A stretch of DNA of 64,000 bases from Candidatus Bathyarchaeota archaeon. GTDB lineage: Archaea > Thermoproteota > Bathyarchaeia > Bathyarchaeales > Bathycorpusculaceae. Under the pieces are notes generated by a model. It had not been told where the DNA came from and did no database searches. It saw only the letters and a list, made by a program, of their open reading frames with translations. This document shows positions 29,951 through 39,112 of the stretch, piece after piece. The stretch spans positions 1 through 64,000 of the forward strand of contig CAVZIW010000008.1 in NCBI GenBank assembly GCA_963775465.1, in the 5' to 3' direction. The position numbers were made by a program, and so were the translations under genes. The stretch's first letter is position 1. Each line of letters opens with the position of its first letter.

Positions 29951-31548
29951 GAATTATTCAACCTTTTTGAAACGTAAACTCCATCGCGTTCGTAACCGAA
30001 ACGCATGTAGTATCTCCTTGTTCCTAACGCACTGATAACTAAAAGCTTTTTCAAACCAAACTGCTCAGTTGCTAAACGCTCAGCTTCTTTTAGCAGCTCG
30101 GAGCCATATCCCTTATGCTGCCATGCGCTCTCAGAATGCTTCCCCACGGGGACTAATTGACCATAAACATGAAGTTCCCGTACAATCGCCGACGGAACTG
30201 CTGTGATTTCTGCTCGGTGCGCCTTTTCGGAAGGAATCCGCATGCGTAAATACCCCAATAACACGTTGTTTTCTGGGTCTTCTGCTGAAATGAACAGTTC
30301 TTGCCCTTCCGAAGCTTCATACTGTTTGGTCAAAATCTCGACTTTTTCCAAGACAGGTTTAATGTTGTCAACTGCCAAACGATGCCCAACTTCACGACAG
30401 CGTATACACTGGCATTGGATGCCTTGTTCTTTGAGTTTTTTCTGAGCCAATTCTCGTACGTCGCTTCGCTTTACTCCGGCTAAAATCAACCTTGCAGGGA
30501 TATCGCGTTGCACCCGCATAACTCGAATCCAGGGAGGGATGTCTTTTTTGATTTCGGCGATAAGATTTGTGGCTTCTTGAGTGGTGTAGGGTTGGTAAGT
30601 GCCGTTTTGGTACCATTCATATGCTCTAGTTCCTGCGATGGCTAAGCAGGGGTAAATCTTTATCATGTCAGGTTTGAACGCCTCGTCAGTGAAGATGCGT
30701 TTGAATGCTGCGAGGTCTTTTTGGGGGTTGGAACCTGGCATTCCAGGCATCAGGTGGTAAACAATTTTCAAGCCTGAATCTTTGGCAATTTGTGTAGCTT
30801 CGATTACATCTGCAACAGAATGTGTTCTGCCAACTAATCGGTAAATTTCGTCATTAGGATTCTGCACGCCAAGCTCAATGCGTGTAACTCCCATTTTTAG
30901 CATTGCGTCAATGTGTGGTTGTTTAGCCCAATCGGGGCGCGTTTCCACGGTGATGCCTACATTACGTGTTTTGCTGACTTCAGCGTTAGCTTTTGCCTCT
31001 TCCAGGCTCTTAGATGTTTTATCTGTTAGAGCATCCAGACAACGTTGGATGAACTTTGTTTGGTACTCAATCGGGGTAGCTGGGAATGTTCCTCCCATCA
31101 CAATTAATTCGACTTTATCCACCTTGTGCCCTATGGCTGTGAGTTGGCGTATACGGCTCTGAACTTGCTCATATGGGTCAAAGCTATTTTGAGAGCCGCG
31201 AAGTGCGGCTGGTTCAAACCCTGTATAACTTTGAGGTGAGCCTTGGATTGGTCCACCCGGGCAATAAGCACAAGGTTCAGGTTGCGGGCAAGGGTAAGGT
31301 TGGGTCATGATAGCAATTACGGATACTCCTGAAATTGTTCGTGTTGCTTTTCTGCGAATAATCGGTAGTAACTTTTTTGCTTCGCTGTGGCTAAGAGCAC
31401 TAATTAAATCTGCGTTAGCTGGCACTGCCTCTAAATGGTACTTTGCCGCTACTTTGATTTTTAAACGGTTAACATCTTCATGTGTGGCTAATGAATTAGA
31501 AAGTAAAGTGTCGATTATTTCGCGGAGAGCTTTAGTGTTCAAAGCCAA
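29947..31548 (-). CDS. elp3: Elp3 tRNA uridine(34) acetyltransferase (radical SAM + KAT)
   Basis: RTISGV, CP...CAYCPGG, QSYTG.EPA, MGGTF, ETRPD, RELHVYG, QHKGYG. Confidence 0.95.
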   Translation of the reverse strand: MALNTKALREIIDTLLSNSLATHEDVNRLKIKVAAKYHLEAVPANADLISALSHSEAKKLLPIIRRKATRTISGVSVIAIMTQPYPCPQPEPCAYCPGGPIQGSPQSYTGFEPAALRGSQNSFDPYEQVQSRIRQLTAIGHKVDKVELIVMGGTFPATPIEYQTKFIQRCLDALTDKTSKSLEEAKANAEVSKTRNVGITVETRPDWAKQPHIDAMLKMGVTRIELGVQNPNDEIYRLVGRTHSVADVIEATQIAKDSGLKIVYHLMPGMPGSNPQKDLAAFKRIFTDEAFKPDMIKIYPCLAIAGTRAYEWYQNGTYQPYTTQEATNLIAEIKKDIPPWIRVMRVQRDIPARLILAGVKRSDVRELAQKKLKEQGIQCQCIRCREVGHRLAVDNIKPVLEKVEILTKQYEASEGQELFISAEDPENNVLLGYLRMRIPSEKAHRAEITAVPSAIVRELHVYGQLVPVGKHSESAWQHKGYGSELLKEAERLATEQFGLKKLLVISALGTRRYYMRFGYERDGVYVSKRLNNS

Positions 31549-31628
31549 AGTACCAAGTATGGTTTATCCTGGGGATAAATAAACTGCACTAGCTAAAGAA
31601 GATAAATAATGTCTGAAAAGAAATGAAG

Positions 31629-31790
31629 TTACATCCAGTTTTGCCCGGCTTTCCGTTGCAGAATCACACGCTTCTCATAGTTGCGTCTGGTTCGGTTTTT
31701 GGGGCTTGGAGATGTCCTTTCTTGAGCTTGGATTTTTGGGGTTTGGGTCCTTACTTTTCCAGCTTTCGAGAGTGAACCGTGAGTTGGCAT
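31629..31790 (-). CDS. rps30e: Ribosomal protein eS30 (S30e); too short for the ORF track
   Basis: Translates to [53 protein letters not shown] (53 aa). Confidence 0.95.
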   Translation of the reverse strand: MPTHGSLSKAGKVRTQTPKIQAQERTSPSPKNRTRRNYEKRVILQRKAGQNWM

Positions 31791-31888
31791 ATTTTACACC
31801 TTTGGCTCATTAAGCAGAAACGTTACACTTAAACCTTTACCCATAAATGTTGCCTTTAAAAAAACTGCATTTGTCTTATTGGGAAAAC

Positions 31889-32181
31889 AAAAAAGTGGAA
31901 ATTTACGGTTTCCCGTGAAGTCTTTTATTCCACTAAATTCTTATTTGCAGGTCAAGTCTGAGCCTTATTGTTGACACGGCCCACCTAAGCAAAGTCTTAA
32001 CCGTTACAGATCTTTGTACCGTTTTGAATCTGCAACTCAAATGCTTAGCTGCTTCAACACAATGCATGTTCAGCCCAAAGAGGCAAAGTCTTAGTCGCGC
32101 ACCAATTTTTCGCTGTTTTAATCAGCGCGCATCTATGCCTCAATGCATTGCATCTAAAGCTTACTCCCTGACCTGCAAATA
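31889..32181 (-). ncRNA. Candidate novel structured ncRNA with two homologous pseudoknot-like domains
   Basis: Perfect 13-bp closing helix (31942-31954/32169-32181), duplicated domains 94 nt apart, G-U pairs on the minus strand, upstream TATA, 3' GAAA hairpin plus U6. Confidence 0.7.
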
Positions 32182-32201
32182 GTACTTTGCAATATGCTAA
32201 G

Positions 32202-32214
32202 TATAAATTTTGCG
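32202..32214 (-). promoter_or_regulatory. BRE/TATA promoter for the candidate ncRNA
   Basis: Minus strand CGCAAAA-TTTATA, ending about 20 nt before the first base of the closing helix. Confidence 0.6.
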
Positions 32215-32292
32215 ACAATTATGGTGCAAAATAGGACAATTTTGCATCATTTGTGACTAAGCTTTAAGTGGCGAAACAACAGCTAACCGTCT

Positions 32293-32661
32293 TTAGTTTT
32301 TTGGAAGTTGAGGTTTTTTTGCTACTTTTTCTTCTTCTGTTGGGTTGCAACTAATCTGTTCTATGACTTCTTTTTGTAAAACGTTGATGACTTCAGGGGT
32401 CAAGGCGTCAACTGCGCTGTGGACTCGGGGGTCGACGATTGAATACATTCGCTTGGTTCCGTCTTTTCTGCACCTTATTAATCCGGTGTCTTTGAGGATT
32501 TTGAGATGGCGGGAAACAACTGGTTGGATTAGACTTAAGTGGGGAATTATTTCGCAGACGCATTTTTCTCCTTCTCGGAGGTATTCGAGTATTTCCAGGC
32601 GGTCGGGTGATGAGAGTGCGTGGAAGATTTGTGCTTTGAAGCGTTGTTGGGATTGGGACAT
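32293..32661 (-). CDS. arsR: ArsR/SmtB metalloregulator
   Basis: IFHALSSPDRLEIL, EKCVCEI, VSRHLKILK. Confidence 0.88.
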   Translation of the reverse strand: MSQSQQRFKAQIFHALSSPDRLEILEYLREGEKCVCEIIPHLSLIQPVVSRHLKILKDTGLIRCRKDGTKRMYSIVDPRVHSAVDALTPEVINVLQKEVIEQISCNPTEEEKVAKKPQLPKN

Positions 32662-32752
32662 GGCTTCCAGAGAAGTATATAGCAATATTTAAATATTTAC
32701 ATGAATTAGTTTGTATCTAACAATACTGCCCAAAACTAAGTAAGGGATAATA

Positions 32753-33076
32753 TTGACAGACGGTAACATACACATCCGAAGCTGGCAAAAATTCAAAGAT
32801 GTAATCAACCAAAAAAATCCCGCCTCAATAGTTTTTATCCTCGAACAAAACGGATTTTCCAAAAACAAAGAACTCTCCACCCTAAAACTAATAATGCTAC
32901 ATGACAAACGTTACTACATCTTCTACGATTTCTCCAAAGGCGACAACCTCAGAGAAACAAACATACCACTCCACAAAGATAAAAACGGAATCTCTAACCT
33001 TGACGAAGAGGAAGTAAAAGACTACCTCAAAGCCCAGTTCCCAAACTTAGAAGTTTACTCGTTTTGGACAACATAA
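32753..33076 (+). CDS. Hypothetical protein
   Basis: 107-aa ORF with coding-like composition; first gene of the ferredoxin-arsC run. Confidence 0.65.
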   Translation: MTDGNIHIRSWQKFKDVINQKNPASIVFILEQNGFSKNKELSTLKLIMLHDKRYYIFYDFSKGDNLRETNIPLHKDKNGISNLDEEEVKDYLKAQFPNLEVYSFWTT

Positions 33077-33094
33077 ACAAAGGTGAAAGAAATC

Positions 33095-33382
33095 ATGTCT
33101 GAAGAAACATATGAAGGAATACCAAGAGAAAAAATACCTTGGGATCCAAAGATAAACTACGAAAAATGTATTTCTTGCGGAAAATGTGTCGATTTCTGCC
33201 ATATGAATGCATTTAAATTCGAAGAGAAAGAAGGCAAAAAAAAATCTGTCGTGAACCCGAACAAATGTGTTGTTTTCTGTAGAGGTTGTGAAGAGATATG
33301 TCCCGAAGGCGCTTTAACGCATCCATCTGAAGAGGAAACCCAAAAGCTTATTGAAAAACTGCAAAATGCTGCCTTGTCTTAG
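33095..33382 (+). CDS. 2x[4Fe-4S] ferredoxin family protein
   Basis: CISCGKCVDFC and CVVFCRGCEEICP. Confidence 0.88.
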   Translation: MSEETYEGIPREKIPWDPKINYEKCISCGKCVDFCHMNAFKFEEKEGKKKSVVNPNKCVVFCRGCEEICPEGALTHPSEEETQKLIEKLQNAALS

Positions 33383-33394
33383 AAGAGGGCGTCA

Positions 33395-33790
33395 ATGAAG
33401 AAGGTTCTGTTTGTTTGTGTTGAGAACGCTGGTCGAAGCCAGATGGCAGAAGCTTTTGCCAAAAAATACGGTGTAGACAGATTTAGCGTATCTAGTGCGG
33501 GTAACAAACCAGCTGAAAAAGTCAATCCGGTAGTAGTTAAGGTTATGAAAGAAAAAGGTATCGACCTCTCCCAAAACAAGCCGAAGCTGATAAGCGCAAA
33601 AATGGCGATGGATGTGGACTTGATTGTTACCATGGGCTGTAACGATCAGGGAATTTGTCCTGGGCCTTTCTTTAAGCCAGCCATTGATTGGAGACTTGAA
33701 GACCCAAAAGGCAAACCTATTGAGAAAGTGAGAGAGATACGGGATGAAATCGAGCGTTTGGTGCAAGCTTTGGTAGCGAAGGAACTTTGA
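33395..33790 (+). CDS. arsC: Thioredoxin-type arsenate reductase (LMW-PTP fold)
   Basis: CVENAGRSQMAE, TMGC....CP, WRLEDP. Confidence 0.9.
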   Translation: MKKVLFVCVENAGRSQMAEAFAKKYGVDRFSVSSAGNKPAEKVNPVVVKVMKEKGIDLSQNKPKLISAKMAMDVDLIVTMGCNDQGICPGPFFKPAIDWRLEDPKGKPIEKVREIRDEIERLVQALVAKEL

Positions 33791-34047
33791 AAGGGTTTGC
33801 CACTAATCTTGACTTCTCACCCTGTCATAAATCAAACGAATTTCTTTCTTAAATGTTGCTTCACTTTTAGTTTTTAGAACTGATTAAACTGTTCAATGGC
33901 ATGTCCATGTTGTAGTCTGGGTTAGTTTCGGGCAAGTTTTTCGTTTTTGCTTATATTTCGATTCAAGTTTTCCATTAAGCTACAAACAAGTTTGGTAACA
34001 TATTTATCAGTAAGCATTAATTTTCATTAAACGCTCGGAATTTGTTT

Positions 34048-34135
34048 GCAGAGGTCGCCGAGCATGGTCAAAGGCGTAGGCTTCAGGAGCCTATCCTGTA
34101 GAGGTTCGTGGGTTCAAATCCCACCCTCTGCACCA
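34048..34135 (+). tRNA. tRNA-Leu (CAG), long variable arm, CCA encoded
   Basis: GCAGAGG/CCTCTGC acceptor stem, TAGGC-TTCAGGA-GCCTA anticodon arm, GTGGG-TTCAAAT-CCCAC T-arm. Confidence 0.96.
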
Positions 34136-34737
34136 GTATTAAAATTCGAATTCAGAAAAGTTTCTTTTAGAAACAACAAACTCTGGTTTATCCGATAGCG
34201 GGTGAAATCAATTGACTTATGGTGTGATTTCAATTCAGGCGTAAGAGGTTACACTTTTTCTATTGATTCAGTAAATTCCAACTTCTGCATTTTTTCTTTA
34301 TCTGCTAGAACAACAACACCTAAAAAATTCTTGTTGTTGTTCTTCCAACCTTCTATGTGCGGAGGGAAGGCTTTTGTGCCTGTCGCTGCAAAATTTTTCA
34401 TGGAGCTTTCGCTTTTCTACAAGATAATTTGGGGGTTTCGTTTTGGGGTAGATACTCTTAGATGCCTATATCCAGGATTTTCCGTCTTTGATGAAGCGAT
34501 TTCTTTGTTGACGAGCAAACTAACAACTTCACTGGTTTTCAGTTTCACTGAACGGTACTTCTGGGTAAAGCAATTTTTTCAAATTTCCTTTTTATCGATT
34601 AAGTAAATCTAACTCAATCTCTCCAATCTAAACCAAGTTTGATTTTGAAATTTGCATCTTAGATGAGGTTGACTTTACTTATGGTCGCTAAATGGTACAT
34701 GAGGATAATTGAGAATTGGACGATAAGAAAAGTGATT

Positions 34738-35001
34738 TTATTTTTGTTCACCAAACCATTTAATGAACCATTTTTCCCTTGCTATCGTTCTTTCGTTCAT
34801 AGCTTCACAAGTTGCTTTCCAATCAGGGTTATCATATTCAGTATTAACCCATTTTTCCGTGAAAGGCGGCATTTCTTTTTTAACCTCATCTAAAATTTGT
34901 TTTATTCTAGCATTTGCCAGTTCAGAAGTATTGTAACCTTTGTATGTTAATTGTTCTATTGGAATTAGTTCTTCGTAAAGCCTACCTTTATTCATTTTCA
35001 T
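34738..35001 (-). CDS. Hypothetical small helical protein (W-x-x-KWFG family)
   Basis: GRL...ILDEVKKE...KWFIKWFG; resembles 19842-20093. Confidence 0.65.
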   Translation of the reverse strand: MKMNKGRLYEELIPIEQLTYKGYNTSELANARIKQILDEVKKEMPPFTEKWVNTEYDNPDWKATCEAMNERTIAREKWFIKWFGEQK

Positions 35002-35188
35002 CGTCTCTTTTTCTTATCTGTTTTATAATGGTTTTAAGCGTTACCTCAAAGAACAATGTTTGGCTTAGACTTTTCAAATGCACAATACTATTCCGATCAG
35101 GGTTTGCTGACTTGGAACGAAGATTTTTGAATTGTTCAAAAAGCTTTCTAATAAGGATGGAACTATTTCTAGTTATTGAGGCGATGAA

Positions 35189-35917
35189 ATGTCTGTAGGA
35201 ATAGGTGACGAGTTTCAAATCCAAACCAAACATACTCGAATGAATCTCGGCGGCTATCTCGATTGGTCAAACAGGCCCAGCACCTACAAAAAATACCCAG
35301 CTGTAAGAAAAATTAGATTGAGCAAAGAGTTTCCAAAACAATCCCTTTCAATAGTTGAGATTCTTTCAAAGCGAAAGAGTATACGTTCATTTTCGAATAA
35401 ATCAATTACACTAAATGAGTTTGCTTTTCTTCTTTGGGCTTCTACTGGTATTCAGAGAGTTGAACAAGGTTACGAGTTTCGAACAGCTCCTTCGGCTGGG
35501 GCTCTGTATCCAATTGAAACCTATGTATTGGTAAATAGAGTTGATAGCGTAGCGAAAGGTTTGTATCATTATAACATTGAAGAGCACGCCCTGGAAGTAC
35601 TGAAACTCGGAGATTTTGGTGATGAGTTGTCTGATGCAGCTTTGGGGCAAGAGATGATTGCGATGGCACCTGTTGTTTTTATTTGGTCTGCAGTCTTTGC
35701 GAGATCAAAATGGAAGTATAGACAACGGGCTTTTCGATATGTGTATTTGGACGCTGGAATTATTGGGCAGAACCTTGCGCTGTCGGCGACTGGTATAGGT
35801 TTAGGGTCTTGTCAAATTGGCGCTTTCTTTGATGACGAAGTTAATCAGATTTTAAGTTTGGATGGAATAGCTGAAAGTGCACTATACCTTAGTGTGGTAG
35901 GTTGTCCTTCTACTTGA
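35189..35917 (+). CDS. SagB/ThcOx-family nitroreductase-like dehydrogenase
   Basis: RKSIRSF, RTAPSAGALYPIE, KYRQRAFRYVYLDAG, GSCQIGAFFD. Confidence 0.9.
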   Translation: MSVGIGDEFQIQTKHTRMNLGGYLDWSNRPSTYKKYPAVRKIRLSKEFPKQSLSIVEILSKRKSIRSFSNKSITLNEFAFLLWASTGIQRVEQGYEFRTAPSAGALYPIETYVLVNRVDSVAKGLYHYNIEEHALEVLKLGDFGDELSDAALGQEMIAMAPVVFIWSAVFARSKWKYRQRAFRYVYLDAGIIGQNLALSATGIGLGSCQIGAFFDDEVNQILSLDGIAESALYLSVVGCPST

Positions 35918-35977
35918 TTAAGCTTCCCAATTGTTGGAAATTTGTAAATAGCATAATGTTCTAATTGGATACAGGTT

Positions 35978-36469
35978 TTATTGAAGATCTTTAAGATCGG
36001 TTAACGATATGTTTTTTTTGAGATCTAAGAGGCAAGTCTTTGCGTGTTCTTGGGCTTTGAGTTTTCGATAAATCTTCTTTACAATTCCTTTTTCATCAAT
36101 TAGAAACGTTGTTCGTTCGGTACCCATGTAACTTCTTCCATAGAGGTTTTTCTGCTTCCACACACCATACTGCTTAAGAACAGCCGCTTCCGGATCGCTA
36201 AGCAAAGTGAAAGGCAGACTTTGTTTTTCCTTGAATTTTCGATGTGATTCCACGCTGTCCTTGCTTACGCCCAAAATTACAGCATCTTCTTTTTCAAATT
36301 CAGACAGAGCTTCTTTAAATCCAAGAGCTTCCGCAGTGCATCCAGACGTTCCGTCTTTGGGATAGAAATAGAGTACAACTTTCTTGCCTCTATAATTACT
36401 CAGTGAAATCTGAGTTTCGTCGTCTGATTGAAGCGTAAAATCTGGTGCTATATCTCCTTCAATAACCAA
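35978..36469 (-). CDS. bcp: Peroxiredoxin (BCP/PrxQ)
   Basis: VLYFYPKDGTSGCTAEA, GVSKD, LLSD, ERTTFLID. Confidence 0.92.
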   Translation of the reverse strand: MVIEGDIAPDFTLQSDDETQISLSNYRGKKVVLYFYPKDGTSGCTAEALGFKEALSEFEKEDAVILGVSKDSVESHRKFKEKQSLPFTLLSDPEAAVLKQYGVWKQKNLYGRSYMGTERTTFLIDEKGIVKKIYRKLKAQEHAKTCLLDLKKNISLTDLKDLQ

Positions 36470-36695
36470 CTTATTTACCTCCTGAGCGTAGCTTGGTTTT
36501 CAGGAAAATTATAGGGCTTCATCTTGTAAAAGCTTAACTCTTCAACAATACCGTTTTTAATTATTAACTACAGTTTGAATCTGTTCGAAACCAGTGCAAG
36601 GATTAGGGTGAATTTCTTTCTTTTCTTGGAATAAAAATAAACTTTGAACAAAAAATGATAAATACAATAGAAACAAAGTGTTATTAGCGATTTTT

Positions 36696-37058
36696 ATGAA
36701 AGATGAAAAATTCATTTTGTATGTGCAGACAAGTGACTCTCCGGAACGGCAGTATTCTCCTTTAGTTTTAGCTCAAACTGCCAAAGCTATGGGGCTGAAT
36801 CCTCGAGTTTACTATCTAGGTCAAAGCCTACGGGTTCTTCTTCCAGGTATGGCAGAGAAAATAAAACTAGGCAGTTTTCCTTCAGTTCTTGAAATGATTC
36901 AAAAGACTCTGCAGATGGGTATTGAAATCGATGTGTGTGAGGCTTCTAAGAGAATGTTCGGCTGGGAGAGTGTTGAGTTGATTCCTGGACTTAAAATCGT
37001 AGGAGCTGCAACCCTAAACGACCTAGCACTAAGTGCCAACGCAACCATGTGGTTCTAA
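36696..37058 (+). CDS. DsrE/DsrF-like family protein
   Basis: PERQYSPLVLA..A.AM, VCEAS, GAATL. Confidence 0.8.
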   Translation: MKDEKFILYVQTSDSPERQYSPLVLAQTAKAMGLNPRVYYLGQSLRVLLPGMAEKIKLGSFPSVLEMIQKTLQMGIEIDVCEASKRMFGWESVELIPGLKIVGAATLNDLALSANATMWF

Positions 37059-37083
37059 CCTAAATCCAAAAGGAGCAAATAAT

Positions 37084-37320
37084 ATGAGTACAAAAACCGA
37101 CAAAAAACTCGATTGTATAGGTCTTTATTGTCCTGAACCAGTTTTTAATACAAGACTAGCCCTTGACGAGATGAATGTAGGAGAAACAATTGAAGTCAGT
37201 GCTGACGACCCAGCTGCAGAATCGGATATTCAAAACCTCGTAAAACATCTTGGTCAGGAAATAATTAGCACCACAAAAGAAAAAAACACCGTTAAAATAG
37301 TAATAAAGAAGATAAAATGA
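37084..37320 (+). CDS. tusA: TusA-family sulfur carrier
   Basis: LDCIGLYCPEP, ADDPAAESDI; ATG at 37084. Confidence 0.9.
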   Translation: MSTKTDKKLDCIGLYCPEPVFNTRLALDEMNVGETIEVSADDPAAESDIQNLVKHLGQEIISTTKEKNTVKIVIKKIK

Positions 37321-37351
37321 GTATTATGTTTGTTCTTTCAAGTTGAAGTTT

Positions 37352-38545
37352 ATGGTGACAAAAAAAATAATTAATTTGGATTACGCAGCTGGAAAACCAG
37401 TTGACAGTCGAGTATTAGATTCAATGTTGCCCTACATGAACCGCTTATACGGTAATCCTTCTTCGCTACATTCTATGGGGCAAGAAGCAAAGAAGGCTCT
37501 CTATCAGGCCAGAAAACAAGTTTCTGAGCTAATCAATGCTGAAAGACCTGAAAACATAATATTTACTTCTAGCGCAACTGAAAGCAATAATTTGGCTATC
37601 AAAGGAGTAGCCAATAGAAATAAAGAACAGGGTACAAAGATTATCGCTTCCAACGTCGAACATATATCCGTTATCAATCCAATAAAATACTTAACCACAA
37701 AAGGATTCGAATCGATTTATTTGCCCGTGAACAATTACGGAGAAATAGATCTAACAGTTCTCGAAAAAGAACTGGATGACAAAACCATCCTTGTAACCAC
37801 TACATATGCAAACGGAGAAATAGGGACAATTGAACCAATAAAAGAAATCAGCAAACTCATTCATGCCAAAAACGCTGTTTTACATGTTGACGCAACTGCA
37901 GCTGCCGGTCAAGTCCCAATCGACGTGCAAGACCTCGGTGTTGATCTGATGACAATCTCCTCAAATGACATTTATGGTCCAAAAGGTGTAGGAGCACTAT
38001 ATGTTAAAGACGGAGTACGTATAGAACCTTTAATCCACGGTGGAGGACAAGAAAAAGGCATAAGATCAGGAACAGAAAATATGCCTGGAATCATTGGGTT
38101 TGGAATGGCAGCTGAAATAGCAAAACAAGAAATGCAAACTAACCTCCAAAAACTTACAAAACTCAGAGATAGATTCATAGAGGGTCTTTTAGGGCAACTT
38201 CCATATACCTTCTTAAACGGGCACCCAACGAAAAGATTACCCGATAACGTATCAGTCAGATATAGCTTCATAGAAGGAGAGTCAATGTTACTAAGCTTGG
38301 AAATGAATGGTATTCTCGTTTCCTCAGGTTCAGCTTGTGCATCAAAAACTCTTGAGCCTTCACGAACACTTTTGGCAACAGGATTAAAACATGAAGAAGC
38401 ACATGGCTCAATAATGTTTACTCTGGGACGAGAAAGTAAAATGGAAGATATCGAATATGTTATAGGTGTGATGCCTAGCATAATTAATAGGTTAAGAGAT
38501 ATGTCACCTCTAACCCCAAAGGAGCTAAAAAATGTACTCAGATAA
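37352..38545 (+). CDS. iscS: IscS-like cysteine desulfurase homolog (Asp at the PLP-Lys position)
   Basis: GNPSSLH, TESNN, EHISV, HVDA, SSNDIYGPKG, RSGTEN, SSGSAC. Confidence 0.9.
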   Translation: MVTKKIINLDYAAGKPVDSRVLDSMLPYMNRLYGNPSSLHSMGQEAKKALYQARKQVSELINAERPENIIFTSSATESNNLAIKGVANRNKEQGTKIIASNVEHISVINPIKYLTTKGFESIYLPVNNYGEIDLTVLEKELDDKTILVTTTYANGEIGTIEPIKEISKLIHAKNAVLHVDATAAAGQVPIDVQDLGVDLMTISSNDIYGPKGVGALYVKDGVRIEPLIHGGGQEKGIRSGTENMPGIIGFGMAAEIAKQEMQTNLQKLTKLRDRFIEGLLGQLPYTFLNGHPTKRLPDNVSVRYSFIEGESMLLSLEMNGILVSSGSACASKTLEPSRTLLATGLKHEEAHGSIMFTLGRESKMEDIEYVIGVMPSIINRLRDMSPLTPKELKNVLR

Positions 38546-38921
38546 AGTTATGGAAAACTTCAAGAATCCAAAAAACACCGGGGAAATTCCTGATGCAGAC
38601 GGCGTTGGAACAGTGGGAAACCCTGTTTGTGGCGATATGATGACAATGTACATAAAAGTAAAGGACAACCGAATAGAGGATATTAAATTCAAAACATTTG
38701 GCTGTGGAGCAGCCATAGCTACAAGCAGTATGACGACGGAAATGGCTAAAGGAAAAACTCTTGATGAAGCTTTAAAGATCACGCGAAAGGATGTTGCAAC
38801 AGAACTAAATGGTTTGCCCCCAGTTAAGATGCATTGCTCTAACTTAGCTGCAGATGCTTTGCATGCTGCAATTGAAGATTACTATAAAAAACAAGGCGCA
38901 TCTTCCGAGGTGAAAAAATGA
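38532..38921 (+). CDS. iscU: Fe-S scaffold IscU/NifU
   Basis: GNPVCGD, FGCGAAIA, LPPVKMHCS. Confidence 0.95.
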   Translation: MYSDKVMENFKNPKNTGEIPDADGVGTVGNPVCGDMMTMYIKVKDNRIEDIKFKTFGCGAAIATSSMTTEMAKGKTLDEALKITRKDVATELNGLPPVKMHCSNLAADALHAAIEDYYKKQGASSEVKK

Positions 38922-39112
38922 AAGAATCACAAGACTCAAAAGAAAACAAATGCCACTGTTGTACCTCTGAAAATACAGCTGATGAATGCATTTTGGCTAC
39001 TGCAAAAACCGTAATTAATGGCAAAGAATACTCCGCATGTTGTTCAAATATTACAAAAACTTCAATAGAAAAAAACAAGAAAAGCGATCAAAAGAGCACT
39101 AACGAAAAATAA
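38918..39112 (+). CDS. Small Cys-rich hypothetical protein
   Basis: GAGGTG RBS, ATGA overlap with iscU; CHCC...C...CC. Confidence 0.55.
   Translation: MKESQDSKENKCHCCTSENTADECILATAKTVINGKEYSACCSNITKTSIEKNKKSDQKSTNEK

Noticed and set aside
31942-32181. MITE interpretation (11-bp inverted ends flanked by TA)
   Set aside because: Not excluded, but no transposase or second copy is in the window. The positioned TATA, one-strand G-U pairs, internal covariation and terminator fit an RNA gene better.
31942-32181. RNase P, SRP, H/ACA or yybP-ykoY identity
   Set aside because: No GGAAAGUC CR-I, no SRP helix-8 motif, and no ACA directly after the hairpins. Only the GGGAGUA/AGAC loop resembles yybP-ykoY L1; its L3 loop is absent.
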